A stretch of 64,000 bases of DNA. Origin: Fidelibacterota bacterium. GTDB taxonomy: Bacteria > Fidelibacterota > Marinisomatia > SCGC-AAA003-L08 > D37C17. The position numbers and the translations under genes are program-made. The notes under the pieces are model-generated. The model did no database searches, had not been told where the DNA came from, and saw nothing but the letters and a program-made list of their open reading frames with translations. Every line of letters starts with the position of its first letter. The first letter of the stretch is position 1. Location of the stretch: the NCBI GenBank assembly GCA_030747125.1, contig JASLLI010000001.1, forward strand, positions 75,143 through 139,142, in the 5' to 3' direction. Shown in pieces: positions 47,477-57,120 of the stretch.

Positions 47477-49271
47477 TGTCCATTTTTAATACGGCTAAGA
47501 ATGCTTCTTGAGGCAGCTCTACAATCCCCACTTGTTTCATTCTTTTTTTACCTGACTTCTGCTTTTCTAATAATTTTCGTTTCCGGGTTATATCTCCGCC
47601 ATAACATTTTGCAGTTACATTTTTTCTGAATGCTTTCACCGTTTCGCGGGAAATAATCTTACTGCCAATTGATGCCTGTATGGGAATTTCAAATTGTTGA
47701 CGATGAATTTCCTTTTTCAATTTCTTACACAGAATTGATCCCTGCCGAAATGCGTTATCACGGTGTACTATAATGCTAAGGGCATCTACAACTTCTCCGG
47801 CAATTCGTACATCCAGTTTCACCAAATCACCAGATTTATCTTCAGTTATTTCGTAATCAAAGGAGGCAAATCCTCTGCTGGTGGACTTCAATTTTTCAAA
47901 GAAATCATAAATAATTTCACCAAGTGGCATATCAAATATGAGTTGTACCTTCTCCTGAGAAAGATAATTAGTTGATCTATATACCCCTCTCTTACTCATA
48001 CACAACTTCATAATCCCGCCAATGTGTTCAGATGGTGCAATTATTTCAGCCTTTATATAGGGTTCAAATATGCAGTCAATATCACTGGCTGAAGGTAGTT
48101 CAGTTGGATTATCAATTTGGATATGATCGCCATTTTTCATATTCACCTGATAGCTTACATTGGGGCTGGTAGTTATCAGATTCATATCAAATTCCCTTTC
48201 CAGTCTTTCTTGTACAATTTCCATATGCAATGGACCCAAGAAGCCACATCTAAATCCAAAGCCTAAGGCAGTTGATGTATTGGGCTCAAAGGAAATGGCA
48301 GCATCATTCAGTTGTAATTTTTCAAGACTGGTGCGTAAATCTTCATAATCCTTTGAATCAATGGGATACATTCCACTAAAGACCATAGGTTTGACTGGTT
48401 GATACCCGGGGAGAGGGGATTCAGCTAAATTTGACTTCACAGTCAGAGTGTCCCCCACACTGACTTCTGAAACATTTTTAATATTAGTGACCACATAACC
48501 AACATCCCCTGCTTCTAATCTTTTTACAGGGATTTTATCCATCTGCAGCACCCCCACTTCTGTAATTTCATGTGTCCCGGGTTTAGCGAAATACTGTGTT
48601 GTCATACCTCGTTCCAAGTATCCATCCACAATACGGACATAAGGGACAACACCTCTGAACTGATCGAATGTTGAATCAAATATGAGAGCGCGTGTTCCTT
48701 TATGACTTGTTGTGACTGGGCAGGGGATGCGATGTATAATAGCATTCAAAATATTTTTCACTCCAGTTCCTTTTTTGGCAGAAATCTGAATTATTTCTTC
48801 CCGTTCACATCCAAGGAGGTCTATCATTTGATTGATAGCAGATTCAGGGTCAGCTCCCGGTGCATCAATTTTATTGATGACGGGGATAATCGATAAATTC
48901 GCATTTGCAGCAAGGTATGCATTGCTAACCGTTTGTGCCTCAACCCCCTGAGAAGCATCTACCAAAAGAAGGGCACCCTCACAGGCTGCAAGACTTCTTG
49001 AAACTTCATAAGCAAAATCAACATGACCGGGAGTATCTATAAGATTTAACTTGTATGAAATGTTATCTGTATGATTATACTGCATTTGAATTGGATGAGA
49101 TTTAATGGTTATACCTCGTTCCCGCTCTAAGTCCATATCATCCAGTACCTGGGACTGCATCTGCTTTGCTGATAAAGTCTGTGTAATTTCTAACAGACGG
49201 TCAGCAAGAGTAGATTTCCCATGATCAATATGGGCAATTATGCAGAAGTTTCTGATAATCTCAAGATTCAT
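47469..49271 (-). CDS. lepA: Elongation factor 4
   Basis: 600 aa. IRNFCIIAHIDHGKSTLADRLL, DTPGHVDF, and the LepA-specific C-terminus. Confidence 0.97.
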   Translation of the reverse strand: MNLEIIRNFCIIAHIDHGKSTLADRLLEITQTLSAKQMQSQVLDDMDLERERGITIKSHPIQMQYNHTDNISYKLNLIDTPGHVDFAYEVSRSLAACEGALLLVDASQGVEAQTVSNAYLAANANLSIIPVINKIDAPGADPESAINQMIDLLGCEREEIIQISAKKGTGVKNILNAIIHRIPCPVTTSHKGTRALIFDSTFDQFRGVVPYVRIVDGYLERGMTTQYFAKPGTHEITEVGVLQMDKIPVKRLEAGDVGYVVTNIKNVSEVSVGDTLTVKSNLAESPLPGYQPVKPMVFSGMYPIDSKDYEDLRTSLEKLQLNDAAISFEPNTSTALGFGFRCGFLGPLHMEIVQERLEREFDMNLITTSPNVSYQVNMKNGDHIQIDNPTELPSASDIDCIFEPYIKAEIIAPSEHIGGIMKLCMSKRGVYRSTNYLSQEKVQLIFDMPLGEIIYDFFEKLKSTSRGFASFDYEITEDKSGDLVKLDVRIAGEVVDALSIIVHRDNAFRQGSILCKKLKKEIHRQQFEIPIQASIGSKIISRETVKAFRKNVTAKCYGGDITRKRKLLEKQKSGKKRMKQVGIVELPQEAFLAVLKMDND

Positions 49272-49311
49272 GAAATTTGGATTAATTATGAAAAGGGTAA
49301 ATTAACGGTGA

Positions 49312-50097
49312 TTAATCACCGGTAAAATTAGGCTTACGCTTTTCAATAAATGCAGATAAACCTTCTTTTGTGTCTTGAGTATCGAATAAAGATGAAAATT
49401 CTTCCTGTTCGATTGATAGACCCTCATTCAGGGTGACTTCAAGCCCTTTATTGACAGAGGCTATAGTTTTAGAAATTGCTGTGGGAGCGTTGGAAGTTAT
49501 TTTTTCAGCAATTTTCAGTACAGACGGCATTAATGTTTCCTGTGGAAATACTTTATTTACTAAACCGATTCCAGCAGCATCATCAGCTGAAATTGAATTT
49601 CCTGAAAGAAGAATTTCCAAAGCTAATCCTTTGCCAACAATGCGTGGTAGTCTTTGAGTTCCGCCAAATCCTGCTATTAGACCCAATCCGACTTCCGGTT
49701 GACCAAACAGAGCATTTTCGGAGGCATAACGAATTTGGCAGGCAAGGGCAAATTCGCAGCCGCCACCTAATGCGAAGCCATTCACTGCTGCAATTACCGG
49801 TATATGCAATGTCTCAATTTTAACCGTTAGGTCTTGCCCTAATTTTGAAAACTGTATTGCTTCCTTTGTATTCATTTCAGCCATCTCTTTGATATCAGCA
49901 CCTGCAATAAATGTTTTTTCGCCCTGTCCTGTGAGAATAACGGCTCTAATAGAATTATCTTCTGCAACTTCGTTAACAATCCCGGATAACTCCTCTAATA
50001 CTGTCTGATTCAACGCATTATATTGATCCGGCCGATTAATAGTTATAATTGCAATATGTTTATTATTTTCAAGGGTTACTACACTCATTTTCTCCAA
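49312..50097 (-). CDS. Enoyl-CoA hydratase (crotonase family)
   Basis: 261 aa. FIAGADIKEM and AAVNGFALGGGCEFALAC motifs. Confidence 0.9.
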   Translation of the reverse strand: MEKMSVVTLENNKHIAIITINRPDQYNALNQTVLEELSGIVNEVAEDNSIRAVILTGQGEKTFIAGADIKEMAEMNTKEAIQFSKLGQDLTVKIETLHIPVIAAVNGFALGGGCEFALACQIRYASENALFGQPEVGLGLIAGFGGTQRLPRIVGKGLALEILLSGNSISADDAAGIGLVNKVFPQETLMPSVLKIAEKITSNAPTAISKTIASVNKGLEVTLNEGLSIEQEEFSSLFDTQDTKEGLSAFIEKRKPNFTGD

Positions 50098-51545
50098 AAG
50101 CTCCTGCTAAAAAGTACCATTACTGTAAAAATTTCTAAACGCCCCAACAACATGCAAAAGCTGGTAAGCCATTTTGCAAAGTCAGTTAATCCGCCCCAGT
50201 TATCCGTGGGACCAATTGCACCAAGACCAGGGCCTATATTTCCTATTGCAGATGCTGATGCTGTAAGGGCCGAGGTCAGATCTAACCCGGTAGCCGCTAA
50301 AACTACAGCGGTGATGGCAAAGATAATTATATAAAATAAGTAAAACCCCAGGGTGGCTCGCACCACATCATCATCAATAGATTTTTTCCCAATGGTGATG
50401 TTAAAAATACCCTTGGGGTGAATTAATTTTCTTATTTCAAAAATAAGATATCTAAAAATTAAAATGGATCGAATAATTTTCATCCCTCCTGTAGTTGACC
50501 CTGCAGAGCCACCTATAAACAGCAAAAAGAACACAATAGTTTTAGATAAAGGAGGCCAAGACTCAAAATCTTCCGTGCCAAATCCGGTAGTCGTTAATAA
50601 GGAAATTGCAGTAAAAACCGAATGCCGAAGTGAATCAAAATTTAATTTATAAAACTCAGAATTAGATATATCTATTAAAAATATAAGGCTGAATAGACAG
50701 ATTAAAATGGTATATACAGAAAACTCTCTATCTTTAAAATATTCAGCATTTCCTTTTGCAATAAAGAAATAATGAAGGGAAAAATTTGTAGCCGCACAGA
50801 ACATGAAAAAAATAATTGTCCATTGGACTAAACTGCCATAAGCAGCTATACTTGCATTCTTTGTAGAGAATCCGCCTGTTGCCATGGTGCCAAAAGCGTG
50901 GCAGATGGCATCAAACCAAAGCATTCCTTCCAATCGTAAGATGAGGGTTTCAATAAGGACAAATCCAACATAAATACCCCAGAGTAGTTTTGCTGTCTGT
51001 TTCACACGGGGAGTAAGTTTATCTGCGGTTGGACCTGCTACTTCAGCACGAAACAGCTGTACTCCACCCATTCCCAACATTGGTAAAATTGCAATACTGA
51101 ATACAATAATCCCCATACCGCCTATAAAATGGGTGAAGCTTCTCCAAAATAATAATCCGTGTGGTAAATCTTCTATTTGGTGTGTTGTGTGATGTCCTAA
51201 TACGGAAGCGCCGGTAGTTGTAAGACCACTCATTGCTTCAAAAAAGGAGTTAGTATAATTAAGATAACCCGAAAAGAAAAACGGAAGTGCACTGAAGATA
51301 GCGATGGCAATCCATCCCAGAGTAACAATGGTAAACCCATCCCGAATACTTAATTCTTTTTTATCCCGCTTTCTAAACAGAAGCAGGAGCAATCCTCCTA
51401 CTATAATTGTAGTAACCATTGCCTGTAAAATGGGAATCAGGTCAGGTTCACCATAATACAAACTCCACGCTGCAGACAGCAGCATTGAAATTCCTAATAT
51501 AACTAAAAGGAATCCAATGGTGAAAATTGATTGATTCCGGATCAT
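50085..51545 (-). CDS. trkH: Trk/Ktr-type potassium uptake protein TrkH
   Basis: 486 aa, polytopic. Repeated pore-loop motifs (TTTGAS, MATGGF, TTTGFG, GNIGPG). Confidence 0.92.
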   Translation of the reverse strand: MIRNQSIFTIGFLLVILGISMLLSAAWSLYYGEPDLIPILQAMVTTIIVGGLLLLLFRKRDKKELSIRDGFTIVTLGWIAIAIFSALPFFFSGYLNYTNSFFEAMSGLTTTGASVLGHHTTHQIEDLPHGLLFWRSFTHFIGGMGIIVFSIAILPMLGMGGVQLFRAEVAGPTADKLTPRVKQTAKLLWGIYVGFVLIETLILRLEGMLWFDAICHAFGTMATGGFSTKNASIAAYGSLVQWTIIFFMFCAATNFSLHYFFIAKGNAEYFKDREFSVYTILICLFSLIFLIDISNSEFYKLNFDSLRHSVFTAISLLTTTGFGTEDFESWPPLSKTIVFFLLFIGGSAGSTTGGMKIIRSILIFRYLIFEIRKLIHPKGIFNITIGKKSIDDDVVRATLGFYLFYIIIFAITAVVLAATGLDLTSALTASASAIGNIGPGLGAIGPTDNWGGLTDFAKWLTSFCMLLGRLEIFTVMVLFSRSFWRK

Positions 51546-51555
51546 TTAATGGAAA

Positions 51556-52905
51556 TTATTGAAAGAGGTTCTCAGCTTTAGTGATACTCTCCTCTTTACA
51601 CATAAGAAGCAACTCATCACCGGGGAGAAGTTCCGTATGAGGGTTTGGAATTATAATTTGGCCATTACGACTAATTGAGCCCACACATAAATCTTCAGGA
51701 AGTTGGTCAATATTATACCGCTTTTTTAGAAATTTGCATTCGGGGTTCACACTTAATTCCAAAACATCCACATCTATGTCTTCAAATCTGGATACAGGGA
51801 GATCTTGCTGATCAGAGCGAATCAGGTTTAACACTTCATTCACTGCTGAAATGTTTTTACTTAACACAGCATCAACTCCAATTCGACGAATAGCACGAAT
51901 ATAGTTTGTGGTGTTAATATGTAAAATCACCTGTTTCACACCATAATGTTTTACCAGGAGGCTGGCTAAAATATTGGTTTGCTCACTTTCTGTTGCAGCA
52001 ATAAAACAATCCGTTTGTTGAATATTTTCGGAAGTAAGAAAGTCAATTTCAAGGCCATCCGCATCTAAGATTAAAGAATCTGTAAGCTTTTTTCCAATTT
52101 CCTTGGCTTTGTCGTGGTTTTTTTCAATGATGCGCACATTATAATCTGTTTGGAGAGATTTCGCCAATAATCGCCCAATTTTTCCGGCTCCCAATATCAT
52201 CACATTTTTTACTTTGAAAGCGGGTTTGCCAGCCATCCTTTGAATTTCCGGCATGTCTTTAACCTTTCCAATAAAATAGGCTATATCATCTTTCTTGTAT
52301 GAAGTGTTGTTATGAGGGATGAAACTTTCATAGTCCCTGATGATAAGTGCCAATTTATGGGGAATATATGGATTCGATAATTCGATATTTTTGACATTTC
52401 TGCCAATCAATGGGGAGGAATGATCCAACTGTATCCCTACCATATTTATTTTTCCGTTTTTAAATTCCTGCAGATCAACGGCAGAAGTTTGTCGAATGAG
52501 GTTTTCTATATCTTTTTGGGCAGCTCTTTCAGGATACACTACATGGTCAATTCCAAACTGATCTGGAGTGATGATTGCAGAGCGATGTGAATATTCAGTG
52601 TTCCGCAATCTGCAGATTATTTTTTTTGCCCCCATCTCGTAAGCAGATTTTGCAGCTACTAAATTTACTTCATCAATTCTTGTGAGTGCCAACAGGTAAT
52701 CAACTTGGGGCATATCAATCTGCTGAAGAACTCTTTGAGAAGCTCCATCACCAATGATGACACGAGCATCAATTGAATTTTTAATTCTCTGGCATTTTGC
52801 AGAGCTTATATCAATGACAGTTATATCATAGTTTTCTTTGCTGAGAGTTTTTGTGAGATTATACCCCACTTCTCCCACACCGATAACAACAATTTTTATA
52901 TCCAT
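51556..52905 (-). CDS. trkA: Trk system NAD-binding regulatory protein TrkA
   Basis: 449 aa. Two RCK/TrkA-N Rossmann motifs (VVIGVGEVG, ILGAGKIG). Confidence 0.93.
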   Translation of the reverse strand: MDIKIVVIGVGEVGYNLTKTLSKENYDITVIDISSAKCQRIKNSIDARVIIGDGASQRVLQQIDMPQVDYLLALTRIDEVNLVAAKSAYEMGAKKIICRLRNTEYSHRSAIITPDQFGIDHVVYPERAAQKDIENLIRQTSAVDLQEFKNGKINMVGIQLDHSSPLIGRNVKNIELSNPYIPHKLALIIRDYESFIPHNNTSYKKDDIAYFIGKVKDMPEIQRMAGKPAFKVKNVMILGAGKIGRLLAKSLQTDYNVRIIEKNHDKAKEIGKKLTDSLILDADGLEIDFLTSENIQQTDCFIAATESEQTNILASLLVKHYGVKQVILHINTTNYIRAIRRIGVDAVLSKNISAVNEVLNLIRSDQQDLPVSRFEDIDVDVLELSVNPECKFLKKRYNIDQLPEDLCVGSISRNGQIIIPNPHTELLPGDELLLMCKEESITKAENLFQ

Positions 52906-52968
52906 AGCGGTATGAATATTACTTGGATGTTTTTCTTTTATCCAATAGTAATTCCTAAAGTTTGGCGT

Positions 52969-52995
52969 AAAAAAAAGCCCGACAGAAGCCGGGCT
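52969..52995 (-). terminator. Rho-independent terminator after the T9SS cargo gene
   Basis: On the minus strand: AGCCCG-GCUUCUGU-CGGGCU, followed by a run of U residues (52975..52969). Confidence 0.75.
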
Positions 52996-53019
52996 AAAAA
53001 AGGAAATATTAAATTTGAG

Positions 53020-53781
53020 TTATTTCAACAAAGTCATAGTAATCGTTTCTGAATACCCTGGAGCATTCATTTTAAGAATATAACGACCACTGGCAACAGC
53101 TAGTCCGTTATCATTCAACCCATTCCACACAACAGAATGATATGCTGCATCCTGATATTGATTCACCAGGATATTAACTTCTGCACCTTTAAGATCATAA
53201 ACAATGATAGATACCTTGCCGGGCTCAGCTATTTGGTAGTCAATAGTGGTTGAAGGGTTAAATGGATTTGGATAATTTTCAGACAAGGATGTCTTCTGTG
53301 GAGTTACAAATGAAACTTCATAAGAAGCGGTAGAAACACTTACTTCTTCGCCGGCTTGACCAGCTAAAGTTACATCTTTTAACTCTACCAAAGAACTGCC
53401 TGAAAATTTATTCGCAGGGGTAAAGTTGACATCAATCAGATCGCCAATTCGTGTTTGATTTACATCCAGAATTTTCTCACCATTCATGCCAAACATGAGT
53501 ACGCGTGCGAATCCATCATCTTTCACACGGCTGTAAAAATTTACACCGGCGACTTTTGATACGATCGCATCTTCTGTAAGGGTGAGCTCGGCTGGATTAT
53601 ATTTAATATCAAACTGGACGCCATAAATATCAACCTCAGACTCTACTGTCAGGTTTAAATTTGATTTAACAGATTTTTGACCATTAATACTTGCACCTTT
53701 AGAAGCGATTGTTGCCTCGCTCGAAAAGACAAAAGTAAGACCAACTATTAAAGCAATACCTTTTGTTTTCATTATTTTCAT
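53020..53781 (-). CDS. Secreted cohesin-like domain protein with T9SS C-terminal sorting domain
   Basis: 253 aa. Signal peptide. VDIYGVQFDIKYNPAELTL-type cohesin-like beta-sandwich. C-terminus NYPNPFNPSTTIDYQI...GRYILKMNAPGYSETITMTLLK is typical of the Por/T9SS type A sorting domain. AAAGGAG SD 8 nt before the ATG. Confidence 0.8.
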   Translation of the reverse strand: MKIMKTKGIALIVGLTFVFSSEATIASKGASINGQKSVKSNLNLTVESEVDIYGVQFDIKYNPAELTLTEDAIVSKVAGVNFYSRVKDDGFARVLMFGMNGEKILDVNQTRIGDLIDVNFTPANKFSGSSLVELKDVTLAGQAGEEVSVSTASYEVSFVTPQKTSLSENYPNPFNPSTTIDYQIAEPGKVSIIVYDLKGAEVNILVNQYQDAAYHSVVWNGLNDNGLAVASGRYILKMNAPGYSETITMTLLK

Positions 53782-53901
53782 TTCTAATACTCCTTTTTAT
53801 TTGTATTTAACTTAGCACTTCCTCCTCTATAATATCAAGTAATATTTTCATTATTACAGGATTATTATTGAGTTGTAACATAAAATATTCCAAATGGAGA
53901 A

Positions 53902-55158
53902 TTAGGCTTTAACCCGATCAATATCTGCTCTTATTGCTTTAAGTTTAGTCTCAATATTCTCATAGCCTCTGTCTATATGATATATCCTGGATATTTCACT
54001 TTTTCCTTCTGCGGCGAGAGCTGCTAAAATAAGTGAAGCACTTGCTCGAATATCTGTTGACATTACAGGTGCACCTCTGAGTTTATCTATGCCATAAATT
54101 TCTGCTCTGTTTTGCGTGAGTTGAATGTGCGCACCAAAACGGGATAATTCTGCTAAATGAGTAAACCGGTCTGTATAAATATCATCTATAATAATGGAAT
54201 GACCGTCCGCACGCGTCATCAGTGCTATCCACTGCGCTTGTAAATCTGTAGGGAAACCGGGATAAACAGCAGTCACCATATTAACCGGATTAATTTTTTT
54301 TGATGGATTCGTTACTTTAACCCAATCTCTGCCAGTTTCAATAGTAACTCCTGCCTGCTTAAGTGAATCAATAACGACTTTCAAATGATCAGGATCTGCA
54401 TTTAATAGGGTAATCTCTCCATTTGTAATAGCCCCTGCTAGCAAAAATGTACCAGCTTCAATTCTGTCCGGGATGTTATTAAACTCTACCCCATTTTGCA
54501 ATTTATTGCCCCCTGTAATAGCTAAGGTATCGGTGCCAATCCCATTTATATCTGTACCCAAATCTGTTAAAAAATCACAAAGGGCAACGATTTCCGGTTC
54601 CATTGCTGCATTGGAGATGGTGGTGATTCCTTCGGCATACACAGCTGCCATGACCACATTTCCCGTTGCTCCAACACTTGATTTATCAAAATGTATATGC
54701 ACTCCGGCCAGCTTACCTTTCGCGTGTATCATGCCATCAGACAAAGTAACGGATGCTCCCATTTGTTCTAATGCTTTAAGATGAAAATCAACAGGTCTGG
54801 GTCCCCAGGCGCATCCACCAGGCAGAGATACCTGTGCTTCACCAAATCTGGACATAAAAGGACCTAAAACATAAAAGGAAGCTCTCATAGTTTTCACCAA
54901 TTCATAAGGGGCAATGGGAGTATCACAATCAACTGTATTAATCTCCATGGTGTTGTTATTGTAGTTCACGGTTGCGCCAATCATTTCTAATAAACGCTTC
55001 ATGGTGAGTGTATCTCTTAAATTTGGTATATTATGAAGTATATATTCTCCTGGCTCAATAATGGTTGCTGCCATAATAGGTAGTGCTGCATTTTTTGCAC
55101 CACTTATTGAAACTTCTCCTTTTAGAGACTTGCCCCCGTGGATGATAAACTTATCCAT
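53902..55158 (-). CDS. murA: UDP-N-acetylglucosamine 1-carboxyvinyltransferase
   Basis: 418 aa. MDKFIIHGGKSLKGEVSISGAKNAALPIMAA. Active-site loop GGCAWGPRPVD. Confidence 0.97.
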   Translation of the reverse strand: MDKFIIHGGKSLKGEVSISGAKNAALPIMAATIIEPGEYILHNIPNLRDTLTMKRLLEMIGATVNYNNNTMEINTVDCDTPIAPYELVKTMRASFYVLGPFMSRFGEAQVSLPGGCAWGPRPVDFHLKALEQMGASVTLSDGMIHAKGKLAGVHIHFDKSSVGATGNVVMAAVYAEGITTISNAAMEPEIVALCDFLTDLGTDINGIGTDTLAITGGNKLQNGVEFNNIPDRIEAGTFLLAGAITNGEITLLNADPDHLKVVIDSLKQAGVTIETGRDWVKVTNPSKKINPVNMVTAVYPGFPTDLQAQWIALMTRADGHSIIIDDIYTDRFTHLAELSRFGAHIQLTQNRAEIYGIDKLRGAPVMSTDIRASASLILAALAAEGKSEISRIYHIDRGYENIETKLKAIRADIDRVKA

Positions 55159-56770
55159 TTTCCAGTAATAGTTCCTTTGCCTTTGCTTTACTCATTTTTG
55201 ATATTTTCTTGCCACTAATTAAAGAAGCTATTTCCTCAATTCGTTCAGAATGACTAAGTAGCTTAATTTGTGAAATATTCCTCCCGTTTTTCATTTCCTT
55301 GTGTACCTTATAATGGGAATCTCCTTTCCCTGCAATTTGAGACAGATGTGTTATACAAATGATTTGGTGACTGTTAGAAAGTGCTTCAATTGTGTTTCCT
55401 ACCCTGTCTGCGGTTTCACCTGAAATCCCTGAATCAACTTCATCAAAAATCAATGTGCCAACCATATCTTTAGATTGAAGCGCCATTTTGATAGCCAGCA
55501 TTGTCCTTGAAATCTCCCCACCAGATGCAATTTTTGACAATGGCCTTAATTTTTCCCCCACATTAGTGGAAATGTAGAATTCAACGATGTCAGCACCATT
55601 TTCATGTATAGACTCAAAATCAGTCATAATTTGAATGTTTATTTCCGTTTTGGGCATATTCAAATGATGAAGGTATTTTTGAATTAAAGCTTCAAGGGAT
55701 CTCGCAGCATCTATTCTTAAATTTGTCAAAATCTTAGCAGCAGACAGCAACTGTTTATTTATTGTGTCACAGTCCTTTTCAAGTCTGCCTATTTCAGCTG
55801 AATAACTTTCAGATTCTTGGGTTGATTTAAGCAATTCATCTCTGTAGTTCATTACAGAGTCTAAAGTACCACCGTATTTTCTTTTAAGGGATTCTATATC
55901 CCCAATTATTGAGGATAACAATTCCAATTCTGAATCATCTGAAACTATACCATTTGCAATAGATTCTATATCCTGAATGATATCCTCAATTTCAATGCGT
56001 TGACTTTCTAATCGACTATGGATTATTTCTATTGCAGAATCATGGTGGACAATATGCTTAAGGTTCGAAACTGCAGTGAGATATTGTGAAATAATAGAAC
56101 TGCCGCTTCCTGTCAAATTTTGTTTAGTATTCTCAAGACCAGATTGAATTTCCTTAGCATGGGCTAACTGGTTATGGCGGACAATAATTTCTTGTTCAAA
56201 TTTACCGGATAGGGGATGTTTGGTTAATTCTTCAATTTGAAACTGATGTAATTCTTTCTTTTCTCCATATTCTTTTAACTTCCTCCGGAGAAGGGCTAAT
56301 TGGGATGTTTTTTTCTCTCTTGACAAAAATAGGTTCTGAAGTTTTTCAAATTCAGATTGATAACTACCGAATGCATCAAGGTATTCAATATGTGTGTGGG
56401 GGTTTAGTAAATTCTGATGATCATGCTGACCATGTAAATCTGCCAATCTTGAGGTAATATTAATCAATTCCTTTTGGGTTGAAACTCTTTCATTTATATA
56501 GGTTCTTGATTGTCCTTTTGAGGAATAAATCCTGCGAAGAGTAACCTTTTTGTGTGTATCCTCAAATTTGCCTTTTATGACTAATGTATCTTCTCCGTTA
56601 CGTAATAATTCGGAGGAAAATTTTTTTCCTCCCAACAGAAGCTGAATGGCTTTAATTATGAGAGATTTTCCTGCTCCTGTTTCACCAGTTATAATATTTA
56701 ATCCTTTATTAAATTGTATGTCTAATTCATCAATGATTGCCAGATTTTTTATATACAAGGACTGCAGCAT
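55151..56770 (-). CDS. recN: DNA repair protein RecN
   Basis: 539 aa. Walker A ITGETGAGKS, coiled-coil middle, ASGGEISR signature, FDEVDSG Walker B. Confidence 0.95.
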   Translation of the reverse strand: MLQSLYIKNLAIIDELDIQFNKGLNIITGETGAGKSLIIKAIQLLLGGKKFSSELLRNGEDTLVIKGKFEDTHKKVTLRRIYSSKGQSRTYINERVSTQKELINITSRLADLHGQHDHQNLLNPHTHIEYLDAFGSYQSEFEKLQNLFLSREKKTSQLALLRRKLKEYGEKKELHQFQIEELTKHPLSGKFEQEIIVRHNQLAHAKEIQSGLENTKQNLTGSGSSIISQYLTAVSNLKHIVHHDSAIEIIHSRLESQRIEIEDIIQDIESIANGIVSDDSELELLSSIIGDIESLKRKYGGTLDSVMNYRDELLKSTQESESYSAEIGRLEKDCDTINKQLLSAAKILTNLRIDAARSLEALIQKYLHHLNMPKTEINIQIMTDFESIHENGADIVEFYISTNVGEKLRPLSKIASGGEISRTMLAIKMALQSKDMVGTLIFDEVDSGISGETADRVGNTIEALSNSHQIICITHLSQIAGKGDSHYKVHKEMKNGRNISQIKLLSHSERIEEIASLISGKKISKMSKAKAKELLLENG

Positions 56771-57120
56771 TATATTCGCTCACGAATAAATGCCCCAGTA
56801 AGTCCGCCAAAAATATCTGCAATACCATCATAAATATCGGGGATCCTTCTGGGAGTAAAATACTGTAAAGTTTCATCCAAAATAGGGAATATGAGAAGAA
56901 AAAGAATCGCATACTTCCAATGTGAATGTGTCATTGGTTTAATTTTTAACGCATTGATGAGTAGAAAGCCCATTAAAAGATATTCTGTAAAGTGTACCAG
57001 TTTATCATATTTCCATAAGTGGGAAAAGAAATTGAGATCATTCCCCGGTTTCATTGAAATATACATGACTAAAAAAACATAGAAGAAGAAGAGCCAGGTA
57101 CGCCAGGAACTAATATACAT
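56770..57120 (-). CDS. VanZ-family membrane protein
   Basis: KLVHFTEYLLMGFLL and ...DIYDGIADIFGGLTGAFI motifs. The ORF-track start at 57171 is TTG and lies deep inside the upstream gene. The ATG at 57120 is preferred, but the start is uncertain. Confidence 0.7.
   Translation of the reverse strand: MYISSWRTWLFFFYVFLVMYISMKPGNDLNFFSHLWKYDKLVHFTEYLLMGFLLINALKIKPMTHSHWKYAILFLLIFPILDETLQYFTPRRIPDIYDGIADIFGGLTGAFIRERI

Noticed and set aside
53851-53878. Possible sigma70 promoter (TTACAA-N16-TAATAA) upstream of the T9SS cargo gene
   Set aside because: It matches only 3/6 in each hexamer in AT-rich DNA, which is not distinguishable from chance, so I did not list it as a feature.
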